From assembly GCF_009914755.1 (NCBI RefSeq), contig NC_060928.1: a DNA stretch of 64,000 nt. One strand, given 5' to 3'. Below the pieces are notes generated by a model. The model saw nothing but the letters and a program-made list of their open reading frames with translations, searched no databases and was not told where the DNA came from. Of the stretch, positions 30,815 to 44,197 are shown in pieces. Made by a program: the position numbers and the translations under genes. Each line of letters opens with the position of its first letter. The first letter of the stretch is position 1. The DNA is from the human T2T-CHM13v2.0 reference genome, Homo sapiens.

Positions 30815-31925
30815 AGAAGGAAACATAGAGAAAAGCTCCATGACACTGGCTTACACTAGGGCTTCTCAGATACAGCCCTGAAAGCACGACCCATACAGAA
30901 AACAATCATCAACTGGACTTCGTTAAAATTACAAACTCCTGCTCTTCAAAAGACATTGCTAAGAGAATGAAAAGATCAGCCACGCTGGGAGAAAATACTT
31001 ACAGTCATATATCTGGATTTGTATCCAGAAAATATAAAGAACTCTCAAAACTCAGCAGTCAGAAAACAAATTATCCAATTATGAAAAATGAGCCAAAGAG
31101 TTGAACAGGCACTTCACCAAAGAAGATATAAAGATAAATGAGCATATGAAAAGATGTTCACCATCATCAATCTTTTCGTAAGTGAAAACCACAGTAAGAT
31201 ACCACTATGCAGCTATTAGAATGGCTGAAAGTAAACCGACTAACCACGCCAAGAGTTGGCAAGGGTATGGAGCAATCTGAACCTCATATGCTTCTTGTGG
31301 GAACAGTAAATTGTTCAACCATTTTGGAAAACCATTTGGCAGTTTCTTAAAATATGAAAATATACCTGCCATATTACCCAGGTATTCTACTACAAGGCAT
31401 TCATCCAAGAAAGGAGAAAGTATATGTCTGTACAAAGACTTATACATAAAGGTTCAGCATGGCTTTATTTGTAATAGCCTCCAAGCTGGTAACAACCCAA
31501 ACAACCATCAATAGGTGACTGCACAAATTAATTGGGGGAAAATCCATACAATGGGAAACTACTTTGCAATAAGAAAAACACGACAAATTATTTATATATG
31601 AAATGGAATGAGTGAATCTCAACGTTACTATGCTAAGTGAAGGAAGCCAGACCAAAAAAGACTACATACTGCATTGTTGTATTTATATGTAACACCAGAA
31701 AATGCAAACTAATCTCGATTCACAGAGCGATATAGAAAGTAATTGAGGAGAAGGAGTGTAGGTGGAAAGATTGAAGGAAGGCTGGAGAAAACTTCTGGGG
31801 TGATAGATATATTCGCTATCTTGATTGTGGTGATAATTTCACAGGTGTGCATAGAAGTCAAAACTTATAAAATTGTGGACTTTAAATTTGTTCAGTTTAT
31901 TCTATATCAGTTATACCTCAATTAA
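30815..31925 (+). mobile_element. Old L1M (L1MC/MD-like) 3' fragment
   Basis: aactggacttcgttaaaatt, ggcacttcaccaaagaagatata, and an L1M 3'UTR ending ttatacctcaat. Confidence 0.8.
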
Positions 31926-33521
31926 GAAACCCCCACAGACACTAATTTACTTTGGGAAACTTTGCATAAAATCAGCATTTATGATACAGCCGTTCAAAAA
32001 ACTATTCATTGAGTTCCTATCTATGCCAAGCACTGTGCTGGTGGGGGAAAAAAAAAAACTAGCAAAGGAGGTTTTGACCCATGGACCACTAGGTGAGGCC
32101 TTAGTGTTTCCATTGTGCTATGCTGCTTAAGAAAAGTCAATTCCAAAGGGCTTTTGAAAAACCAAGTTTAACTTCTGTTGTAAGCCTCATTACATGGAAA
32201 TTGTTTCAGAATGTTTCATCTATAATCACATGAATTTTGATATTGCACTTGTGCCTAACTGTACAAATAAGAGAACTTACGAAAGAACCACAAAACCTCC
32301 ATTCTATTCTCTACTCAGAGGGCCTTTCAATGAAATTAACAGACGAAAGTAAATCTGCTATGTGTTCTCATGTAGATGATCTGTGGTTTCAACATAAAAG
32401 GAGTGGGAAGACTTTGCTCCAGTTCCCTGCATTTCCTTTTGTGTGAGTCATGAAGAGCATAATTTGCTGTGTTCCCCAAAGCCTTGCTTGCCATCATCTC
32501 TTATTTCTAAGATTTTCCACTAAGTCACACTCTTTAAGCCACTGACAATTAGCAAAACTATTTATCACTGAGTTCGCCTTGTGGGAATTTGACTTCTGTC
32601 ATATGAAAAGTTCAGATAAAGCAGAGGTAAATGATATGCACAGGGTCTCAGTGTAAAACACTGGAAAGTGACATTCTTTTATCAATCAACCTTATGCCAT
32701 TAGTTACCACAGAGAGATAACATTCCGCTGGCATAATGGAATTTCTAAAAGATGGACCATTATTTCCATAATAATACCATTATAATACTGGTCATCAATG
32801 ATGCCTGTCAACATTTTCCTTAATAGAAAAATATTTTTAAAAGAGTTTCCTACTCAGATCTTACAGGATGAACTTGGGCAATAAATTCTCCAAAAGAAAG
32901 TATGGAAACTTCACAAATATGAAGAACTAAATTAGCATGACTGCGTACAACATCGTTTGAGCCGGAATTGGAGAAGCTGCTTGCAAAATAAAACAAGAAG
33001 CATATTTTAAATGACATACAAAGCAAGTTATCCAAATCAATATTTTGTAGAAACTGCTAAAACCACCTCGGCTATATCTATAATTGATTAAATTAGAAAC
33101 AAGCTTAGAATCTCCTTTCTGTATTGACACAAGACAAGAAAGGTGACTCCTATGAAGAATAATGAATATAAGACTCAAAAGTTGGCAAAGATTGAGATGA
33201 TCCAGGCTGGCCCTGAACCACTAATAATGTTTTTGAAAGATTGGGTTATTAGATTAACAGTTGTAGAAGATGGACACTATTTATGCAATGTTAAAGCAAA
33301 CATTTTTATTAACCAAACATTTCCTAAATTGCAAGCAAAAATGTGAAACTCAATCTGACACCTGTAGCAAATCTGAGGGCCTTCCCTGGTCCAGGGCATA
33401 CTCTCTGCTGCAAATGAGGTTTGTTCCAAAGGTTATTTGAAAAAAAAAAAATTCCTTAATCAGTTTTTAACTCTTGCTGCTTTCTATCAGATGATTTACT
33501 CTGATTCTTCCCAAAGCCCTG

Positions 33522-33934
33522 TGTATGGCAGATGCACCTGACAGCAATAACTCAAGCATACCCTGAGAATAACCCTATGGTTTAAGAAGAATATGTGTTC
33601 GGAGTTCTAAGCTAAGGAATCTGAGAGTGGCCAACCTGGAGATTCACTCCTAATCTATAGAGGACATCCGAATCCCTGGCCCATTCTTTGGAATGCAGGT
33701 CGTCCAGGGGATCGAGGCCCTTTGTCATGGGTTACATGGAGGTTGCTAGGCGAAAATGCTATATAACCTGAATGCTTTTTATAAATGGGAGTGGTTTTCT
33801 GGCACTACTCTTGGCCCATCCTGTATGTAAGTACCCAATAAACCCTATGTCTCATTCCCTGGCTCTGGGTCTCTTCTTCAGCCCCTTGGACATGGCGATA
33901 TCCTTAATGGAGTCAACAGAGGTCTAGCATGACA
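33522..33934 (+). mobile_element. Solo LTR, probably ERVL class (413 bp)
   Basis: TG...CA termini, perfect 5-bp TSD ccctg (33517-33521, 33935-33939), TATATAA 33760-33766, AATAAA 33837-33842. Confidence 0.85.
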
Positions 33935-34027
33935 CCCTGAAAACTCTCAGTCTCTGTTTCCTTTGGTCAGCAGTGTGTATGTGGTTGCTGATCCTTCACT
34001 TAGGAACCAAGGAGGGGCTCTACTCAC

Positions 34028-34185
34028 GTCATGCATGGAGTCCAGCAGCTTGGTCAGTTGGTAGAACCTCTGCCAGCTCTGCCCAGAATTGTTGGGACAC
34101 TTAGTTACCATCTTCCTCAGTTCTTTGATGTAATTTGTCCTCATTTCTTCAAATGCAGCCTGGCTTTTGAGGCCATCCTTTGGAA
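34028..34185 (-). CDS. NR3C2: Mineralocorticoid receptor exon 8 (158 nt, LBD)
   Basis: (I)[52 protein letters not shown]. Acceptor cacag| at 34187-34186, donor |gtgagta at 34027. The first 2 nt complete the ATT codon begun in exon 7. Confidence 0.98.
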
Positions 34186-34384
34186 CTGTGTTAAGGAAAA
34201 CAGACATGTAAATTTCCAGGATGGAAAACAACTTTAGCATCTTGGCAGGTAAAGTCATATACTGATTTTGAGGTTAGATACTAAATCTCAATTAATTGCA
34301 TTTATGAATAAATATGGCAGCTGTCTACTGGCAAATACTTGTACACATACATACACAAAGAACAACTATTTATCAGATGTGTCT

Positions 34385-34590
34385 TATCATACACTTTGCA
34401 CAGACTAGTTCACTTAACCCTGACACCAATATTATGACATAACTGTTATATCATTCTCATTTTACAGATGAGGAAACTGAACACTGGAGGCTGAATCACT
34501 TGCCCATGGACACAATAAAAAAAGGCAGAGAAGGGGTGGTATTCAACTTAGGTCTGTCTGTTTCCAAAGCCTGCCTCTTAACCACAATGC
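34385..34590 (-). mobile_element. MIR
   Basis: cattttacagatgaggaaactga core, followed by ttgccc...gtctgtttccaaagcc. Confidence 0.75.
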
Positions 34591-34624
34591 CACATTGCCT
34601 TGTGGCTGGTCATCCAAGTGTTTA

Positions 34625-34943
34625 TGAATCCTAACTTGCCAATACTTCAAGATAGTAAAATATATTTTGATTTTCCAGGATAACTGAAGAGCCATAGACA
34701 ATCTAGGTTGGGGCTAGAATTAGAAATCAACATCCTCATTCTCAAGTTCAGATATTAAAGACATTCGGGGGAACTGGCCATCTACGAAGGGGAGGACGCT
34801 GCATACAAAGAAGCACTTTCTATCCACTTTGCACCAGGATCTCATGACCACTAAGGCACGTGACCTTCCAGCACAAGCCCATAAAGCGTCTGTACATCAA
34901 AATATATTTTCCTATCTCTGAGGTATTGGCAAGTTAGGATTCA
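34625..34943. repeat. Inverted repeat with ~47-bp arms and 224-bp spacer
   Basis: 34625-34671 versus the reverse complement of 34896-34943: 2 mismatches and 1 gap. Confidence 0.9.
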
Positions 34944-37589
34944 CGTACACTGGTTTATGCGTGTGAGGGGGGAACAACAACAGTGGCTCTGCACGCAAGG
35001 CAAAATTTAAAACTTTCAAAGAGAATGAACCATGTTCATCTGTATCTTTGATAAGGTAGAAAACTAAGGACAATATTTTCTTCTTTCCTTTTATGTGGTG
35101 GCTAGCTTTCGTATGTTTTAAAAAAATTCACTTAAAAGGAATACTTTGAAATTCAGGACTTGTAAGCTTATCAAGTGCTTCTGTGACCCGCTGAGAAGCA
35201 GGTCCCAGGACATTTGTGAACGTACTTTATTAAGAAATGAAGTCCAGGTTTAGGACAGAGTTTAAGCATTTTTGTTCCACTTATAGCCAATAGTTATGTT
35301 TATGCCTTAACACTGAATAAGAAAATCAACTAGAATTTTATTTCTAGGTGATAAAGACCTAATGAAAATTCACCTTGGGATATTAACATTCTGATTTTGA
35401 AACTGCTCTTACTTTCACTTCTTAATTACCTATTTATTTGCTAATTTCCCATAACTGGTGTAAATAATTATTTACTTTGGTCATCAGCACTTGGAGACTT
35501 GGAGATGGTGCTGAGTATTGTGTGCAACCCTGGAAGCCAGGCATACTGCTGTTTCCACATAAACCCTGTTACCCTACAAAAAGATATGGATTATCTTGCA
35601 AATTAACTTCTACTATTATGTTAATAATCTTCTTGAGTTTAATTGTTGAGACTTTTGATTTGTCATTTATTTGAGTCTATTTTTGTGAGGGGAAAAATAA
35701 ATCCCTAATAGCAACTGCACAAATTCCTGAGGCTGCCACAGTATTAGTTGTGGTTTAAAATATTTGACATTCATATTAAATGTTAAATGCTATCCATTAT
35801 ATAACAAATAGTATTTTTTTCTCCTGAAAACTTTATTTTAAAAGTAAAAAAACAAAAAGAACAGTAATAACCAGGATGTTAATAGTAAAATCCAATTTCT
35901 ACCAAAATTTTAATGTTAACTTAAAACCTTCTAAAAGATAGGAAAAGTTTTCAAATATCTTACACTTCCCACCCACAGATTAGCATTTAAGTTATAAAAC
36001 TGTACAAAGTAAATGTTTAGTTTTTCAGTATAGATACTTATATGGACATCACCCTATACATGAAAAGTTAACTAGTGGTAGAATAAATAAGTTTCACTAT
36101 CATATTTCAATACCATTTGGTACATCTAAGATTAACCAAATTTATATTTCTGATAGTTGTAGATCAAAAATTCTAAAAATTACAACAACTTGTCAAACAG
36201 TATTACTTATATATTATTGCTGTAACTGAAATATATTGTACCAGTTTCCCAGCCAGATTTTTTAGAAGTTGAAACAAACCCACAAATAAAGAGAACTTAA
36301 GCAAAACCTCAAATTTTGGAGTTCTGCCCAGAGTTTCTGAATTTACTTATTAAATGCAGCAGAGCTGCTGGAAATCATCCAAAATCTGGAGAAGAGCAAA
36401 GAGACAACTGGGGTAGAAGTCTGTCTGCTTTCCTCAAGAACATGAGAGCCTCTGATGTCAGTCCCGAAAAACTTTGATACACTGGATATCAGGTGTGCAT
36501 CTGACATTCCTGAGATGAAAAATTTTCATGTGTTCTATCATAGATTAGCAAAACAAGCTTACTAACGCCTGCAGTTTTTATGGTTCATAAAATGCTTTAC
36601 CTATGTTTTTTCCTACCTTTTTATTTTGCTTCTTCTGCATTGAAAAAAAATCAGAATTCAAAGTACCAAGCTACTTGGGGGCTAATAAATTAATTCAAGT
36701 AGCTTCAAAATGGTATCAGAATCTATTACGAGCTGAGTGAATATGTAAAGAGATGTAAAAGGATAAGACATGAATTTAGATTGAGTAGTCAACATTCATG
36801 AAGAATTAGTATCACAAGCACTTTAAAAAATGTTTCATTTACATTCTATCATCCATTTGTCATAATTTTAAACATATTTTTCTAACCAGTAATGGTTAAT
36901 AATCTAGCTTGGCAGAGGAGTAAAATCATTTTCAGTGAATTTAAAGATTATAGTTCCAAAGTTATACTCCAGAAAGAATAAATCAGGAACAACAGAAACC
37001 TTGGTGAAGAGTGGAGCAGGAGGACAACCCTGCAGGTGAGGGGTTGTAAACACAAGAGCAGCGGGAGATGGGGCTGGGTGTAATTAGTGAGGAATGGTGG
37101 GGCCTGTGGCAAACTAGAGAGAACATGCCCTGCCCCGGGCAATTGAATTCAATGAAAATAAAACAAAAGGCCAAAAGCAACCCCAAAAACCTGTGCTGGC
37201 CAAATAAAACACAGCTGTGAACTGCTGGCCCCACCTCTCTACCAGGACTGCCGGTTTGCCCCCTCTGCTATGGAGTCTGCGATTTTGCCTTTTGGACACT
37301 CTGCCCTCGCTGCTGCCATTGTGTGCCACCTGCCATTGCCTGCCTTTCAGCCTCTTGGTGACTGCTCTTAGGGGAGCAGGAATGACACTGGAGGTAAAGT
37401 TCCAAGCCATCGGTTTTAGTCCTAGCTCATAGAGGATACTCAACATATCACACGTGCCTCCGTTTTGTCAACTTTAGAATAGGGCTATCAATCTCCCAGG
37501 GTAATTTTAAGCATTAAATTAGATAATATATGGAAAAACACTTTGCAAATTGCAAGGTGCCAAACACAGGTAAAGCAGGATGTTACCCA

Positions 37590-39860
<2,271 letters not shown>

Positions 39861-40016
39861 GGAATGTTGGGGTATGCTCTTTCACATGCCCAAAGCTTCA
39901 TACTTTGCAAGTAACTTAGTTCATCAAAGGTCAAAGCCTTCCTCCCATTTCTTCAGTGTTTCTGTTTGGTTTGTTTTTGTTTTGGTACCAACTACCTGAA
40001 TACAATAAATAGCCTA

Positions 40017-40283
<267 letters not shown>

Positions 40284-42564
40284 TTAATAAGAGATCTGAG
40301 TCAGAATTCTCCTTTTGGCTTCAACATGGAGCAGATGTGTATTTTAAAGACAAGTTAGATGCTTTTCATAGTGACTGGTAAATTGCTTCTAGACCAATAC
40401 TGCTGGGCCGTTTACTTGTACCCTGTGAGAATGTGTCAGGAGCACTGAAACCAACCCTTTTAAAGTATGCCATGATTTCATTTTATGTCAAGAGTAATAC
40501 TGACTGATGAGGATTTTAGTGTGTTACAGTGAGACCATCCACAAAGCAGAGAAGCTGCTGTGATCTGACTCTTGTTCCTTTTCAGCCACAGATATCCAGC
40601 ACTTATAGGAAAGGACTGGGCTAGATGCTACGAACATAGGATGGGGATGACCAATCTTATTTCTCCATGGGCCTTCCTTACAGAGGTCATGGAGCATGTT
40701 ATTAACTATTTACAGCAACATGTTTTAAAAGGGAAATTAAAAAATACTTTAAAAGGTGAGAACGTCAAATGGAATTTTTCTGATAAAGAGAAAAAATGAC
40801 AAGGGAGTTTGGCACAACATATACAAATACTTCCACACACACAACCAAACAATACCCTCACACCACTATCCAAATGCTTCCATAAAAATCCATGTTATCT
40901 AAAAACAGAAGTCATTATTTTCTCTTTTCTTGAGAAGTAAGCAAGGCATCACTATTTTTTTTAGATGTTTTCCTTCAAAGTAATAAACCTTTTGTAAGGC
41001 CCTGGATAACTACTGGTTCATGGTGACCAGACCGTAAAAAGTGAAAGAGACACTATTGGTGAGAAATGGGAAAGGACTTGCCAAAGGCCAAAGAAACAGA
41101 AAATGAGGTCTGGATAGTGGATCCATTAAAGGGTGACTGAAAGCAGGCAGCGTCTGCAGGAAAGCAATGTGGGGATCTCTTTTGCAGGATGGATTCTGGG
41201 GCTCCCCTCAATTGGCAGAAATCTCTTGCAACTCAACTCTGAATGCCAATTATAAGGAACCCATAACGAAACACAGCACATGTTCTCTGCATTACTGTAT
41301 GTCTTTCCTCTCCCCCAGTAAGATAGAAGCCATTTTAAATTAAGGAAATATTTTAAACACACACATGCTAATAGCATGAGCTTCCAAATCTACCATCCAG
41401 AATTAACAGTATAAACAAATGCTACTATTTTTGCAATATGTGCACCGGATTTTTAAAAATTAAAAATGGCAGAGTTAAGGCCCACTCTGCCTTCTTCCCC
41501 AATCCCATCCATCTCTTCCTCTTTCAAGAAGAGAACCACCCAGTCTGGGTGATTATCATTTCCTCTCAGATGTGTCTATTTCACTACACATGTATGTATC
41601 TACAAAAACAGCATACAGTACTGCTTTGTTTTATGTAAATTTGAAATTAGATATGCACATCCTTCTGCAACTTATTTTTATTGAACAGTAACTTTGATAT
41701 GTATCTATTTTGATACAGGTAACTAAGTTAATTCATTTTAACTGCTTCGAGCTTCATTTGTTTGAATGTATAGCAATTTACTTATCCATTCCACTACTGA
41801 TGGACACTTGGGTTGTTTGCTCTTTATTGCTATCACAAATGATGCCCAAGGAATATCCTTGTCGTTTCTACAGGATACAGAATGAAAACAGAACTTCTGA
41901 GTCATAGATTTGCACATGTCACCTGCTTATGTCACCTGCTTTCATTCCAACCAGCAGAGCATGAGCGTGCCCTTACTTCACATCCCCACCAATGATTGCC
42001 ATTATCCAATTTCATTTTTTTTCTATTTGATGGGAGGTTGAATGGATAGTACATGGTTGCTTTTATTTCCATTTCCATCATCACCAGTAGGTTCAGCATT
42101 TTTTCAAATGTTTACTCATCATTTGGGTGTCTTCTTTGGTGATTTGACTATTCATATCTTTACCAATTTTACCCATTTTTTCCTTCTCGCACTGAGTAAC
42201 ACCATTTTTATTCCTAATAATTTTTTGCCTTAAAAATATCTGATCTTCACATTGTTTTTCTTTCTCTCTGCCTCTTTTTCTTGCTCTCTTTAGAACTTGT
42301 CAGGTGTGCTGTCCACCTTTCTTTTGATCCCTTTGTTTCAAACTTCCCACGTAATTATATTTCACACATATTTTCTAAACAGAAAAGGCTGGATTAAGAA
42401 ATCGGAGAGTCTCTGTATTTTAATAACTCAGTTTAATCTGTTTTTAGTTATCATGATTACTGACAAGTTTGGATGTTCTCTACCATTTTAACTTACTTTC
42501 CTTCCTCTTTCCCTTCTTCCTCCTTCTCTTCCTTTCATTGGATTGACCTAGCTTTTTAGCCCCC

Positions 42565-43650
42565 TGTTGCTGGAAGTCAGGGACCCCGAACGGAGGGACT
42601 GGCTGGAGCCGTGGCAGAGGAACATAAATTGTGAAGATTTCATTTTAATATGGACATTTATCAGTTCCCAAACACTACTTTTATAATTTCTTAAGCCTGT
42701 CTTTAATCTCTTAATCCTGTTATCTTTGTAAGCTGAGGATGTATGTCACCTCAGGACCATGGTGAAAATTGTGTTAACTGTACAAATTGATTGTAAAACG
42801 TGTGTTTGAACAATATGAAATCAGTGCACCTTGAAAAAGAACAGAATAACAGCGATTTTTAGGGAACAAGGGAAGACAACCAAAAGGTCTGACTGCCTGC
42901 GGCGTCGGGCAAAAAAAGCCATATTTTTCTTCTTGCAGAGAGCCTATAAACAGACGTGCAAGTAGGAAATATATCACTAAATTCTTTTCCTAGCAAGGAA
43001 TATTAATATTAATACCCTGGGGAAGGAATGCATTCCTGGGGGGAGGTCTATAAATGGCCGCTCTGGGAATGTATGTCTTATGCGGTTGAGATAAGCACTG
43101 AGATACGCCCTGGTCTCCTGCAGTACCCTCAGGCTTACTAGGATGGGGAAAAACTCTGCCCTGGTAAATTTGTGGTCAAACCGGTTCTCTGCTCTCAAAC
43201 CTTGTTTTCTGTTGTTTAAGATGTTTATCAAGGCAATACATGCACTGCTGAACATAGACCCTTATCAGTAGTTCTGCTTTTGCCCTTTGCCTTGTGATCT
43301 TTGTTGTACCCTTATTGGTAGTTCTGCTTTTTGCACTTTGTCCTGTTCCCTCAGAAGCATGTGATCTTTGTTAGCCCCTTATTAGTAGTTCTGCTTTTTG
43401 CCCTTTGAAGCATGTGATCTTTGTACCTACACCTGTTCTTACACCCCCTCCCCTTTTGAAACCCTTAATAAAACTTGCTGGTTTTGAGGCTCAGGTGGGC
43501 ATCATGATCCTACCGATATGTGATGCCACCCCCAGTGGCCCAGCTGTAAAATTCCTCTCTTTATACTGTCTCTTTATTTCTCAGCTGGCCAACACTTATG
43601 GAAAATAGAAAGAACCTACGTTGAAATACTGGGGGCGGGTTCCCCCGATA
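42565..43650 (+). mobile_element. MER11 solo LTR (ERVK/HERV-K11)
   Basis: Start tgttgctggaagtcagggaccccgaacggaggga, end gggggcgggttcccccgata. Internal tandem cccttatYRgtagttctgcttt units and an AATAAA. 1086 bp. Confidence 0.9.
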
Positions 43651-43890
43651 TCCCCTCTCTGCTATGGCTCTACTGGATTTAGAAGCTATACATGCTGTTT
43701 TTACACCTTAAGTTATCATTGTTAAATCTAGTTTCTCTCATACACACACACTCCAGGTCTGCTTAGATTTCCCCAGTGTTTCTCTGACCACCATCACTTC
43801 TTGCACTTTACTCCTGAGTTCAGTTTCTTACTTATTGAAGAATGTATTTTAGTAATTCTTTCAGCAGTGATTAGTTGATAAATGTTCAGG

Positions 43891-44197
43891 GGCTGGGTGC
43901 AGTGGCTCATGCTTGTAATCCTAGCACTTTGGGAGACCGAGGCAGGCAGATCACCTGAGGTCAGGTGTTCAAGACCAGCCTGGCCAACATGGTGAAACAC
44001 CATCTCTACAAAAATAGAAAAACTAGCTGGGCATGATGGCAGGTGCCTGTAATCCCAGCTACTCAGGAGGGTGAGGTGGAAGAATCACTTGAACCAGGAG
44101 GTGGAGTAATAGTGAGCCAAAATCTGCCATTGCACTCTAGCCTGGGTGACAGAGTGAGACTCCATCCCAAAACCAAACCAAACCAAACCAAACCAAA
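43891..44197 (+). mobile_element. Alu (S/J) with (CAAAC)n tail
   Basis: Dimeric Alu sequence; gttca-containing TSD remnant. Confidence 0.9.

Noticed and set aside
43255-43425. Spaced repeats resembling a CRISPR array
   Set aside because: Internal tandem units of the MER11 LTR; the spacers are related to each other and the context is eukaryotic.
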